From an uncultured Bacilli bacterium (lineage in GTDB: Bacteria; Bacillota_I; Bacilli_A; RF39; UBA660), in NCBI GenBank assembly GCA_944332535.1, contig CALVKE010000038.1:1-47469 (forward strand): DNA of 47,469 bases. Direction: 5' to 3'. Numbering within the stretch: the first letter of the stretch is position 1; each line of letters begins with the position of its first letter. The translations under genes and the position numbers were made by a program. Shown here piece after piece: positions 1-9,346 of this stretch. The notes under the pieces are model-generated. The model had not been told where the DNA came from, made no database searches, and saw only the letters and a list, made by a program, of their open reading frames with translations.

Positions 1-86
1 TTTGTGATCTTTTCTACTTCATCATAGAAAATAGGTAATGATTCTTCTTCGTTGTAACATGGTACAACAATTGATACTTTTTTCAC
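1..86 (-). CDS. GT2 glycosyltransferase (GtrB/DPM1-like), 5' part only, runs off the left edge
   Basis: Manual translation from GTG at 86: MKKVSIVVPCYNEEESLPIFYDEVEKIT, a typical GT2 N-terminus; starts 4 nt after the stop of the upstream gene. Confidence 0.8.
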   Translation of the reverse strand, partial: MKKVSIVVPCYNEEESLPIFYDEVEKIT

Positions 87-90
87 TTTA

Positions 91-573
91 CTACTTCCTT
101 CCTTCGATAAAATTCTCAATTAAACGAATCATATTGGGGGTATTACTCTTATATTGCCTCGGAGAAAATCGGGGTAATTCTTTTAGTGCCTTTTCAAAGC
201 TTTTTTCATCTTGAAAAGATAATATGTATCCTTCTTTGGTAAACTCCTCCGTAATTTCTAATTGATGATCATTATGATGTTCTTTGTATTTGGCTAGGCG
301 TGGCATCACCAAAATTTTTTTATGGTGTTTTAATCCTGTGAAGATGCTGCCGACTCCTCCATGTGTGATTAAAAAACTACAATCTTCAATATATTTTTCA
401 AACTGATCTTCGGGTACATAGTCTAAAACCTGCATATATTGAGAAGAAAATTTCGTACAACCAGCTTGCACAACGACCTCTTGGGTTATTTTCTTTTTCT
501 TAATTTCTTTTTCTAACAATTCTAGTAATCGTTCAAAACTTTTATCCTGGGTTCCTAAGGTTACAAATATCAA
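91..573 (-). CDS. PssE/Cps14G-like glycosyltransferase subunit (Alg13-like)
   Basis: IFVTLGTQ, ITHGGVGSI and HHNDHQLEI motifs; likely TTG start at 573 overlapping the TGA of the partner gene (ORF track start 627). Confidence 0.85.
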   Translation of the reverse strand: MIFVTLGTQDKSFERLLELLEKEIKKKKITQEVVVQAGCTKFSSQYMQVLDYVPEDQFEKYIEDCSFLITHGGVGSIFTGLKHHKKILVMPRLAKYKEHHNDHQLEITEEFTKEGYILSFQDEKSFEKALKELPRFSPRQYKSNTPNMIRLIENFIEGRK

Positions 574-1040
574 AATATCCACCCCCCATACGTTGCTTTC
601 GGATACACTTCTAACATACTTTTCCACTGAACGATAAATAAATCGGCAATATGATAAAGTAATTTCCCTGTTACCGATTTGCTATGAGCATTGGCAAATG
701 TTTCAATATAAATTACTTTTCGCCGAAAAAGTTTGGCGATACAACACATTGGTCCAGCCGTATGAGCTCCCGTTGTTACAATAAATTGTGGGCGATACTT
801 GAAAAAGTAAAATAAGGAAATAAAACAATTTGCTAATAATTTAAAAGGATACGATATAGGATGATGTTTGGTTCCATAAATTAAGAAATGAACTCTACCC
901 GGATATTTTTCTTTTAAATTCTGATTACTTTTTGTTTTTTCCGTTACAATCTGATAATCATAATGAGAAAACATCTCTTTTAATTCTAATAATTCTGTAA
1001 GGTGTCCTCCACAACTGGAAATAAATAGTACTCTTTTCAT
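570..1040 (-). CDS. PssD/Cps14F-like glycosyltransferase subunit (Alg14-like)
   Basis: SSCGGHLTEL, TTGAHTAGP, IYIETFA, FIVQW motifs; coupled to the Alg13-like gene. Confidence 0.88.
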   Translation of the reverse strand: MKRVLFISSCGGHLTELLELKEMFSHYDYQIVTEKTKSNQNLKEKYPGRVHFLIYGTKHHPISYPFKLLANCFISLFYFFKYRPQFIVTTGAHTAGPMCCIAKLFRRKVIYIETFANAHSKSVTGKLLYHIADLFIVQWKSMLEVYPKATYGGWIF

Positions 1041-1050
1041 AAACGATCCT

Positions 1051-2187
1051 CTACTTTAATAGTTTTAACCACATTTCTTTCACAATATCTACCGTATAGT
1101 GTTCACTTGTTTTTCTGGCATTTTTTCCTAATTCACGACGCTTATTATAATCTTTCATCAACTTTAATACTTTCTCAGCCATCTCATCTATACTACGATC
1201 GTTGATCAAATATCCATTTTCTCCATCTTGAATTAGTTCACACGCTCCTTCCGCACTAGAAAAAGCAATGCACGGAATTCCAAAGCTCATCGCTTCAATT
1301 AAAACGATTCCGAAAGATTCGGTATAACTTGTCATTAGATAAAGACTAGATTTGGCAAGAAGGGAGTTAATTTTATCTTTGGTCAAAAATCCGTGTACAG
1401 TAACAACATTTTCTAAATGATACTGATAGATTTTATCCACAACCATATTTTTTTGAGCACCATCCCCGATTAAATCTAAGCGAAGTTTCGGATTTTTCTC
1501 ATAAACTTTTTGAAATACATCGATTAAATCTGGAAAGCCTTTTTCTCTAGAAAATCTTCCAATCGAAATGATTCTATTTTCGGTTAATGGAGAAACGTGT
1601 TCTGGCAAATAATCTAAGATATTCGGAATTGTTACACAATGACATTTATAATTGGCTTTTTTCATTTCTTTCTTATAAAAATTACGAAGCGAATCGGAAA
1701 CTAGTACCAATTGATCGATGTTCTTACAAGAATCGACGACTTTTTTGACATATTTTACATTTCCATGATGATGATTATGTTCCCAGGCAATCTTTTTGGT
1801 ACCCTTTCTTACGTAACGACCTAACCAGCCATTGAATAAACATCGTGTAGAAATAGCAATATCGGCATCGACTTCTTTCATTGCTCGTATTGTTCTTTGT
1901 TTACGAAGAAATAAACAATATACCGCTTTATAACTTTCTTTGATAAAAGAAAGGGGGCGTTTGTTACGAAGTGCGTTTTTCCATTCTTCTCCATTTGGCT
2001 TAACTTCGTCGATTAAATAAGTAACTTGAATTCTGGAATCTACATGAAAAGCAGATTCTTCATAAAGTTTATAAGTGGATACAATTTCTACTTGGTAATG
2101 GCTGCAGATAGCATTGGCTAGCGCTACAACACTTTTTTCTAATCCACCAAATCCAAGATGAAGAGAAAAGATCGTCACCTTCTTCAT
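1051..2187 (-). CDS. GT4 glycosyltransferase
   Basis: GGLEK near N-terminus, GRFSREKG, ESFGIVLIEAMSFG (EX7E); ATG at 2187 behind AGGTGA (ORF track start 2196). Confidence 0.88.
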   Translation of the reverse strand: MKKVTIFSLHLGFGGLEKSVVALANAICSHYQVEIVSTYKLYEESAFHVDSRIQVTYLIDEVKPNGEEWKNALRNKRPLSFIKESYKAVYCLFLRKQRTIRAMKEVDADIAISTRCLFNGWLGRYVRKGTKKIAWEHNHHHGNVKYVKKVVDSCKNIDQLVLVSDSLRNFYKKEMKKANYKCHCVTIPNILDYLPEHVSPLTENRIISIGRFSREKGFPDLIDVFQKVYEKNPKLRLDLIGDGAQKNMVVDKIYQYHLENVVTVHGFLTKDKINSLLAKSSLYLMTSYTESFGIVLIEAMSFGIPCIAFSSAEGACELIQDGENGYLINDRSIDEMAEKVLKLMKDYNKRRELGKNARKTSEHYTVDIVKEMWLKLLK

Positions 2188-2204
2188 TTTTATCACCTAT
2201 TTTT

Positions 2205-2233
2205 ATTATAGGGGAAAAGCGCCGAAATTACAA
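2205..2233 (-). promoter_or_regulatory. sigma-A-type promoter for the GT4-pssD-pssE-GT2 unit
   Basis: Minus strand TTGTAA (2233-2228), 17 nt, TATAAT (2210-2205). Confidence 0.65.
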
Positions 2234-2251
2234 GAAAAACTAAAGAAGATT

Positions 2252-3720
2252 CAGGATAAAAACATGAAAGAAATGGAGAAAAAGTATTGACATCTAGATA
2301 TAGCAAGCAACAAGAGATATCTTTTTGTCTTAAACCACTCATTTTTTGCTGCTTTTTTCGTAAAGTACATGTAAAATAAGATTGGGTGTGTGATTATGAA
2401 AAAGAAGAATTTAACCAAAACAGAAATTACCGAAAAATTATTAAAAAAATATGAGGTAAGCCTAGAAGAATTAAACTATGATGCTTTAAAACAATTTAAA
2501 GAAAAAGTAAAAGCATTATCTGATTCCCGTCAAAAAGGCAAAGTGAAATACAAAATATGGGACATTATCATTGTCAGCTTTTTAGCCATATTAGGTAATT
2601 GTAATGATTGGGAAGAAATAAGAGAATTTGCCATTGCCAAAAAAAGTTGGTTGAAAAACTTTTTACTTCTCACTGGAGGTATTCCTTCGGCCATTACCTA
2701 CAAGAGAGTCTTCTCCATTATTAAACCAGAAGAGTTAGAAAATATATGTGTTTTGTTTGCTCAAGATGTTCTGAAATTATTTTCTAGCGAAAGAGATATT
2801 ATGAATATTGATGGGAAAACAGACAATGGTAGCAAAAGATGTGAAAGTGATATAAGAAATAAAGTAAAAGCTTTGAATGTTTTAAATGTTTATTCCAATC
2901 ATTTGGGACTATGTATGGCTAGTGAACAAATTAATGATAAAACAAATGAAATACCAACTATTCCTAAATTATTAGATAGAATCCAAGTAAAAGGAAACAT
3001 TATTACTTGGGATGCTTTAAACACTCAAAAGAGTAATGTTGAAAAAGTAATAAAATTAAAAGGAGACTATGTTGTTCCTATCAAGTTGAATCAAGAAAAT
3101 TTCTATAACGATCTAGTACTATATTTTAATGATAAACAACTAGAAATTATTAGAGCTGGTGGCATTGGCAATGGTTATTTTAAAGATACTGAGAAATCTC
3201 ACTCTTCTATTATTACCTATGAATATTTTCAAACAGAAGATGTTTCTTGGTATCATGATTTAAAGAGTTGGAAAGGCATAAAAACGTTTGGGTTAGTAAA
3301 GAAAACAATCGAAAAGCACGGACAAAAAACTACAGAATTCAGATATTATATTTCTAGTTTGTATTTAGATATTGAAACCTTTTCTAATGCCATTAGACAG
3401 CATTGGAGTGTAGAAAATAAATTACATTGGCATTTGGATTTTACTTTTAAACAAGACGAGAATTCTACTATGGATAAAAATGCACTTTTTAATTTACAGA
3501 TATTAAAAAAATTAAGTTTAGCTTTTCTTAATGATGTAAAAAGAATTTATAATCGTAGTTTAAGACTAATAAGATTTCGATTATCACTATCTTTTGAAAC
3601 AGAGATACTTAGATTTTTTAACATTCTTGCTCATTAAATTTTTTCATTTTAAAACAGCTAAAATCCTTATATTATAAAGATATTTTAACTGTTCTAAATT
3701 TTTTTCATGTTTTTATCCTG
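2252..3720 (+). mobile_element. ISAs1-family insertion sequence, 1469 bp
   Basis: Perfect 18-bp terminal inverted repeats CAGGATAAAAACATGAAA (2252-2269) / TTTCATGTTTTTATCCTG (3703-3720); 9-bp direct repeat AAGAAGATT at 2243-2251 and 3721-3729; single transposase ORF. Confidence 0.93.
2396..3637 (+). CDS. ISAs1-family transposase
   Basis: DSRQKGKVKY, GIPSAITYKRVF, NIDGK, NEIP, ITWDALNTQ, IRQHWSVENKLHWHLD motifs; start ATG 2396 or GTG 2390. Confidence 0.92.
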   Translation: MKKKNLTKTEITEKLLKKYEVSLEELNYDALKQFKEKVKALSDSRQKGKVKYKIWDIIIVSFLAILGNCNDWEEIREFAIAKKSWLKNFLLLTGGIPSAITYKRVFSIIKPEELENICVLFAQDVLKLFSSERDIMNIDGKTDNGSKRCESDIRNKVKALNVLNVYSNHLGLCMASEQINDKTNEIPTIPKLLDRIQVKGNIITWDALNTQKSNVEKVIKLKGDYVVPIKLNQENFYNDLVLYFNDKQLEIIRAGGIGNGYFKDTEKSHSSIITYEYFQTEDVSWYHDLKSWKGIKTFGLVKKTIEKHGQKTTEFRYYISSLYLDIETFSNAIRQHWSVENKLHWHLDFTFKQDENSTMDKNALFNLQILKKLSLAFLNDVKRIYNRSLRLIRFRLSLSFETEILRFFNILAH

Positions 3721-3749
3721 AAGAAGATTCTAGCTGAGAGAATCTTCTT
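3721..3749 (-). terminator. Terminator hairpin of the GT2 gene, cut off from its original U-tract by ISAs1
   Basis: AAGAAGATTCT-AGCTGAG-AGAATCTTCTT, 11-bp perfect stem at the stop codon. Confidence 0.65.
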
Positions 3750-4698
3750 ACTTGGAACTTCTAGAGGATTGGTCCTCTTTCATTTTTAACGTGTTTAAAT
3801 ATAATTCATATAACTGCTTATGTTTCTTAGCAATTACTTCAAGGATAATTCCAGCAATCCACAATAAAATAGAAAGGACGAGGAAAATTCCAGATACAAT
3901 TAAAGTGGGGAACCGAGGAACTAGTCCTATTTGAAAGTATTCTATTACTACTGGAAACCCCATAATACAAGAAAGAAGTAAAAAGAAAAAAGAAAACATT
4001 CCAAAAAACCAAAATGGTTTATACTCTTTAAATAAAGTAGCAATCATTTTTAATACTCTTAAACCATCACTATATGTATTTAACTTAGAAACACTTCCGT
4101 CTGGTCGATCGCGATAATTAACAGGAATTTCCACTAATTTGAAATTCTTATCTACTGCATGAATCGTCATTTCAGTTTCAATTTCAAATCCTTTGGATAA
4201 CACTGGGAAGCCTTTTGCAAATTCATAACTGAAAGCTCGATATCCTGTCATGATATCTTTGACATTATTTTTAAACAATTTATTAATCAGAAACCGGACA
4301 ATTTTATTTCCAAAGTTGTGAAATGGCCTTTTATTCTCTGTAAAATAGGTACTAGATAAACGATCTCCAATCACCATATCCGCCTTTCCGCATAGTACTT
4401 GCTCACACATTTCTTTTGCATTTTCTGCTGGATAGGTATCATCCCCATCGATCATTAAGTAACAGTCTGCATCAATTTCACGAAACATCGTCCGAATCAC
4501 ATTTCCCTTTCCTTGACGATATTCATAACGAACAATAGCTCCCGCTTTTTTGGCAATTTCATCGGTTCCGTCTGTAGAATTATTATCATAAACATAAATA
4601 TCGGATTCTGGAAGAACTTTTTTATAATCTTTTACCACTTTCTCTATTGTTTTTGCTTCATTATAACAAGGAATTAACACTGCTATTTTCTTTTTCAT
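3748..4698 (-). CDS. GT2 polyprenyl-phosphate glycosyltransferase (DPM1-like, two C-terminal TM helices)
   Basis: LIPCYNEA, YDNNSTDGT, IDGDDTY, DIMTGYRAF, GFEIETE, YRDRPDGSVSKL; GAGGT RBS. Confidence 0.9.
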   Translation of the reverse strand: MKKKIAVLIPCYNEAKTIEKVVKDYKKVLPESDIYVYDNNSTDGTDEIAKKAGAIVRYEYRQGKGNVIRTMFREIDADCYLMIDGDDTYPAENAKEMCEQVLCGKADMVIGDRLSSTYFTENKRPFHNFGNKIVRFLINKLFKNNVKDIMTGYRAFSYEFAKGFPVLSKGFEIETEMTIHAVDKNFKLVEIPVNYRDRPDGSVSKLNTYSDGLRVLKMIATLFKEYKPFWFFGMFSFFFLLLSCIMGFPVVIEYFQIGLVPRFPTLIVSGIFLVLSILLWIAGIILEVIAKKHKQLYELYLNTLKMKEDQSSRSSK

Positions 4699-4766
4699 AT
4701 ACTACCTCTATTTCTTTTTTATTTGATACTTATAGTGTATCATGCTTTCTTTCCTTTTAAAAGAGT

Positions 4767-4792
4767 AAAAAAGCACCCAAAAGTGCCTTTTT
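4767..4792 (-). terminator. Rho-independent terminator after the surface protein gene
   Basis: Minus strand AAAAAGGCAC-TTTTGG-GTGCTTTTTT just after the stop at 4801. Confidence 0.65.
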
Positions 4793-4800
4793 ATTTTTTG

Positions 4801-7800
4801 CTACTTTTCAAAATAAGCATTCGATGTAGAACCGGGAGCAGCTCCACCTTTTTTAACAAGAACCACTTCAAGTCCTTCAAGACGATAAGCGTATCCTGCA
4901 GTTCCAGCTTTTGCTCCATTTTTTGCCCATCCTAACCATCCAAAGTTCTCGGCATGAACACGATAATAAACATCATAATATTTTGCCATTTCTCCAGTTA
5001 GTTTTATTTCGATTGCTTCCAAGCGTTTTGCTTCTCCGCTCGTTCCGCTCATCTCTCCATTTTTCTTGAAGCTACTTTCCCATCCATAATCTTCAATGTG
5101 CGTACGATATTCGATATTTCCGCTATATTCTGGATTATCTAAATAGATTCGAACTCCTTCGAGGCGTTTTGCTTCTCCACTTGTTCCACTCATTTCTCCA
5201 TCGTATTTATATCCTTGCCATCCGTAGTCTTCTACATGCGTCTGATAATGCACGTATCTTTGCACATACGGTCTACTCGTTACTCCTGGCGCTTTTCCAC
5301 CTTTTTCAACCAATACGATTTCGATTCCTTCTAGACGATAAGCATATCCTGCGGTTCCAGCTTTTGCTCCATTCTTTGCCCAATCTAACCAACCAACATT
5401 TTCGGCGTGGACACGATAATAAATGTCATATTCTTTTGCCATCTCACCAGTTAGTTGAATTTGAATAGCTTCCAAACGTTTTGCTTCCCCGCTCGTTCCG
5501 CTCATGGCGCCGTTTGTTTTCCAACTTTCTTCCCATCCATAGTCTTCAATATGCGTACGATATTGCACTCCTCCACTATATGGAAGATTTTCTAGTTTAA
5601 TATTGATTCCTTCTAAGCGTTTTGCTTCTCCTTCTGTTCCACTCATCGCACCATTTTTTACATAATTTTGCCATCCGTAATCCTCAACATGAGTTCGATA
5701 AGAAACATTTGGGATTTTTTCAACGACTTTTACTGTACATGTTGCCGTTTTTCCATTCGATGTTTTTACTGTAATCGTCGTCGTACCAATCGTTTTTGCG
5801 GTGATTTTTCCCGTACTATCTATGGTTGCAACACCAGTATTGCTCGACGTCCAACTAAGTGTTTTGCTATCCGTCGTATTACTTGGATTAATCGTTGCAG
5901 TCAAAGTAGTTGTAGATCCTTTTTGTATACTTGTGTTTGTTTTATTTAGGGTAACACTAGTAATGGGGCGAGACGGTACTGTAATCGTACAAGTTGCAGT
6001 TTTTCCATTAGAAGTCTTTACGGTAATTGTTGCTGTTCCATATCCCTTAGCTGTTACTTTTCCAGTGCTGTCTACCGTTGCAACAGTTGTACTGTTTGAA
6101 GTCCAAGTAAGTGCTTTACTATCTGTTGTATTACTTGGATTGATCGTTGCACTTAGTGTTAATGTCGATCCCTTTTCAATTGTTGCACTCGTTTTATTTA
6201 ATGTTACACTTGTAATAGGATGCGTTGGTACCGTGATCGTACAAGTTGCAGTTTTTCCATTTGATGTTTTTACTGTGATTTTGACTGTTCCATATCCTTT
6301 AGCTGTCACTTTACCGGTACTATCTACGGTTGCAACATTTGTATTACTTGATGTCCAGGTAAGTGTTTTACTATCCGTTGTATTACTTGGATTAATTGTT
6401 GCACTTAACGTTAGTGTAGATCCTTTTTCAATTGTCGCACTCGTTTTATTTAATGTTACACTTGTAATTGGAATGGGGTTTACTGTAACCTTACAAGTTG
6501 CTGTTTTCCCATTGGATGTTTTTACTGTAATCGTCGTCTCTCCAATCTCTTTGGCGGTAATTCTTCCTGTACTATCTACGGTCGCAACACTTGTATTACT
6601 TGATGTCCAAGTGAGTGTTTTGCTATCTGTCGTATTACTTGGATTGATTGTTGCTGTTAATGTGGCAGTAGTTCCTTTTCCAATCGATAATGTCGTCTCA
6701 TTTAGTGTTACTCCTGTAATTGCCACTGGCTTTTTAATTACGTAGATATACGAACGACTTGTTTTACCGTTAGAAGTAGTTGCAGTAATCGTTGTGCTAC
6801 CTATCGCTTTTGCCGTTACTTTTCCAGTATTATCCACTGTCGCAACACTCGTGTTACTAGAGGTCCAAGTAAGATCTTGACTAATCGTTGCATAGGTTGG
6901 CTTAATCGTAGCTTTTAATTGTAATGTATCTCCAACATATACATTGGAAGTGATTGGTGAAGTGCTTACTGAGGTAATTTCAATAGGAGAAGAGGTTACA
7001 ATTACATCAAAAGCTTCTGTTTTCGATGGATTATTAATTGCATTGGCAAAGATCGTAACTCTTCCCTCTCCTTCTTTTACTCCTGTTAATATTCCATTTT
7101 CATCTACTGTTACAATATCTTTATCCCAAGAAACAAACTTTGTAGAATAAACAAGAGCATTACTTGGCTCATAAGAAAAATCAATCTTTTTCTTTTCTCC
7201 TACGTCTAAAACAATAGTATCTGCTACTACAATTTGATTAAGATAAGTCCCAATTGTAATAATATATTCCTCGCTAACACCAGCAAGTGTTACACGAATT
7301 GTTGCTGTTCCGTCTTTTAAAGCAGTAATAGTTCCATTTTCATCAATCGTTGCAATCGTTGGATTTAAGCTTTCCCATTGAAAAAGATTTTTTGGAATGT
7401 CTCGTTTTGCTAGACCCCATTCTACATTGACTAATCGCGTATATTCCATTTCTTTTGTTTCCCCAACTTTCATTGGGTTAGCAATTTCAGAATCATCTTC
7501 TGTGGTCCGTAATCCCACATCAAAATTTATATACTGTTTAGCGAGTAGTTCATATTCTTCTTTTTCAGCTGTTACCCCCGTTTTGGTTGATAATCCATTG
7601 GATTCTTCATAAGAAAATAATTGAACCCAATAATAAATTCCATTTGATTCATAGCACCCTACACCAATGGATTGAAAACTAGATCTTAAAATATTGGCTT
7701 TATGTCCATACGAACCCATCCAACCATTTACTACATAAGCAGCTGTTGTATAATTTGCTGCAATATTTTCTCCATTTGCTTTTTGTATATCTAAAGCTTC

Positions 7801-9147
7801 TGCCCCGGTCGGCCTCGTATGGCTATAGTAAAGAGCAAGTTCTTTTGCCCGTTGCATAGCGGCCTCCGTTAACTCTGCATCCATTTTTAATGGACTAACA
7901 CCAACATTAAAGCGTTCCTCATTTACAAGAGTAACTACTTCATTTGCCATATCATAATTATATTTTCCTGAAATTGGCACACTAATTACGTCTCTATAAC
8001 TTCCGTCATTTATAAGTGTCAAGTTATCAGGAACAGTGAAGGTTGGAGTATTTGATTGATAATAGAAATTATTATTTAAAAAATCTACTTCCTCTGGAAA
8101 CTCAATGTAACGAAGCTCTGGTGAATAACTGATTCCAGTATTAAGAATTCCTTCTAACGTACCGTTAAAATAAATTTCTTCTAGGCTAGCATTTCTGTAA
8201 ATAGCCCACATATCGACAACTCCAACATTTCCATCAAATATAATGGTATCTAACAGGTCACATTCCGCAATCGATTTATAGGGTACTTCCTCAATATCTG
8301 CATGTATTGTCAATGTCTCAAGAGCATCTAATTCATAAAAAGCAAACATTTCAATTAAAGTTACGCTTTTGGGAACGACTAATTCTACTAGACTATCACA
8401 ATAGCTAAATGCAGATTCTCCAATTTCTTCTACCCCGTTTGGAATCGTGATACTCGTTAAGTTAGAAACGTAGGTAAAGGCCGCTTCCCCAATTATTTTA
8501 ACGCTAGATGGTATCGTATAAGAAGTTCCCGTCTTAGCAGCAGGATAAGCAACTAATTCTGTTTTATCTTTTGTAAACAAAACTCCATTTATAGCAGTAA
8601 AGTTTTTATTTTCGGAGTTCACTACAATTTCACGAATATTCGTATCCATTGCAATTCCTGAACCAATTTTTGATACATTCTTAGGAATGGTTACAGTACG
8701 AATTTGTGTATTACCAATAAATAAATTTACTCCTATCTCTTCTAATGATGTTGGGAAAGTAATCGAAGAGATTTTGGTGTTTTGTAGAGCATTATCTCCT
8801 AGCACTTTTAGATTGCTTGATAGGCTAATCATTGTCAAATTACTGCAATCGGCAAACGCTCCCAGTTCAATCGTCTCGATCGTATTTGGCATTTCTATCG
8901 ATTCGATTGTTGTTTTGGACATAAATGCTTTTTGTCCTATTATCGTAATATCTTTCCCATCAATTTGATTTGGGATTTCTACGATTTCCTCCTCTCCCAA
9001 ATATTTATCAATTTGAACAGTATTATCTTCTAAGATGGTATATTGATATTTCCCATCTGATGTTGTTTCTGCCAAAACATTAGATGATATGAAAAAAGTT
9101 GCAAAAGTTAAAAATATAAACAATATTTTTCTATTTTTGCCTCTCAT
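4801..9147 (-). CDS. Large secreted surface protein: signal peptide, BspA-type leucine-rich repeats, CAP/SCP domain, ~7 Ig-like (Big_2) domains, six ChW repeats
   Basis: Signal peptide ending VLA; LRR units like LTSITIPNGVEEIGESAF; CAP motifs SHTRP, GENIA, WMGSYGHKANIL, YWVQLF; WTSSNTSVATVD Ig repeats; YRTHVEDYGW...SGTSGEAKRLE ChW repeats. ATG 9147 behind GGAG (ORF track start 9168). Confidence 0.88.
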   Translation of the reverse strand: MRGKNRKILFIFLTFATFFISSNVLAETTSDGKYQYTILEDNTVQIDKYLGEEEIVEIPNQIDGKDITIIGQKAFMSKTTIESIEMPNTIETIELGAFADCSNLTMISLSSNLKVLGDNALQNTKISSITFPTSLEEIGVNLFIGNTQIRTVTIPKNVSKIGSGIAMDTNIREIVVNSENKNFTAINGVLFTKDKTELVAYPAAKTGTSYTIPSSVKIIGEAAFTYVSNLTSITIPNGVEEIGESAFSYCDSLVELVVPKSVTLIEMFAFYELDALETLTIHADIEEVPYKSIAECDLLDTIIFDGNVGVVDMWAIYRNASLEEIYFNGTLEGILNTGISYSPELRYIEFPEEVDFLNNNFYYQSNTPTFTVPDNLTLINDGSYRDVISVPISGKYNYDMANEVVTLVNEERFNVGVSPLKMDAELTEAAMQRAKELALYYSHTRPTGAEALDIQKANGENIAANYTTAAYVVNGWMGSYGHKANILRSSFQSIGVGCYESNGIYYWVQLFSYEESNGLSTKTGVTAEKEEYELLAKQYINFDVGLRTTEDDSEIANPMKVGETKEMEYTRLVNVEWGLAKRDIPKNLFQWESLNPTIATIDENGTITALKDGTATIRVTLAGVSEEYIITIGTYLNQIVVADTIVLDVGEKKKIDFSYEPSNALVYSTKFVSWDKDIVTVDENGILTGVKEGEGRVTIFANAINNPSKTEAFDVIVTSSPIEITSVSTSPITSNVYVGDTLQLKATIKPTYATISQDLTWTSSNTSVATVDNTGKVTAKAIGSTTITATTSNGKTSRSYIYVIKKPVAITGVTLNETTLSIGKGTTATLTATINPSNTTDSKTLTWTSSNTSVATVDSTGRITAKEIGETTITVKTSNGKTATCKVTVNPIPITSVTLNKTSATIEKGSTLTLSATINPSNTTDSKTLTWTSSNTNVATVDSTGKVTAKGYGTVKITVKTSNGKTATCTITVPTHPITSVTLNKTSATIEKGSTLTLSATINPSNTTDSKALTWTSNSTTVATVDSTGKVTAKGYGTATITVKTSNGKTATCTITVPSRPITSVTLNKTNTSIQKGSTTTLTATINPSNTTDSKTLSWTSSNTGVATIDSTGKITAKTIGTTTITVKTSNGKTATCTVKVVEKIPNVSYRTHVEDYGWQNYVKNGAMSGTEGEAKRLEGINIKLENLPYSGGVQYRTHIEDYGWEESWKTNGAMSGTSGEAKRLEAIQIQLTGEMAKEYDIYYRVHAENVGWLDWAKNGAKAGTAGYAYRLEGIEIVLVEKGGKAPGVTSRPYVQRYVHYQTHVEDYGWQGYKYDGEMSGTSGEAKRLEGVRIYLDNPEYSGNIEYRTHIEDYGWESSFKKNGEMSGTSGEAKRLEAIEIKLTGEMAKYYDVYYRVHAENFGWLGWAKNGAKAGTAGYAYRLEGLEVVLVKKGGAAPGSTSNAYFEK
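4810..5710 (-). repeat. Duplicated block of three ChW repeats, 453-bp period
   Basis: YRTHVEDYGWQ (Tyr codon at 5700) and YQTHVEDYGWQ (5247); near-identical AKAGTAGYAYRLEG in both blocks. Confidence 0.8.
5716..6723 (-). repeat. Four tandem 252-bp (84-aa) Big_2 coding repeats
   Basis: Units begin at 6723, 6471, 6219, 5967; each has ATINPSNTTDSK and VKTSNGKTATC; a more diverged unit begins near 6981. Confidence 0.88.
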
Positions 9148-9172
9148 TTTCTCTCCACTCCTTTTCAACTGT

Positions 9173-9181
9173 ATTATATCA
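9173..9181 (-). promoter_or_regulatory. Extended -10 element for the surface protein gene
   Basis: Minus strand TGATATAAT about 25 nt upstream of the ATG; no clear -35. Confidence 0.45.
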
Positions 9182-9282
9182 CTAAATGTTAAAATTTAAT
9201 ACCTTTTTTTTAATAAAATCGTTAATTTTCATTTGGAATTCCGTTTTTTAAAGAAAAGTGGAAATAAGTCTGATTATATTTT

Positions 9283-9346
9283 ATAAGATTTATAAATCAA
9301 GGGCGAATGAAATGAGTTTATGAAACCCTTGATTTTTAAATCTTAT
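9283..9346. repeat. 21-bp intergenic inverted repeat with 22-nt spacer
   Basis: ATAAGATTTATAAATCAAGGG (9283-9303) / CCCTTGATTTTTAAATCTTAT (9326-9346), 20 of 21 complementary. Confidence 0.85.

Noticed and set aside
5801-6745. 314-aa Val/Leu-rich plus-strand ORF (and similar ones at 6944, 7397, 8687)
   Set aside because: Antisense shadow of the Thr/Asn-rich surface protein codons; repeats mirror the real gene; no RBS or family motifs.
4810-6981. Repeats as a CRISPR array or DGR template/variable pair
   Set aside because: In-frame protein-domain repeats with mainly synonymous differences; no unique spacers, cas genes or reverse transcriptase.
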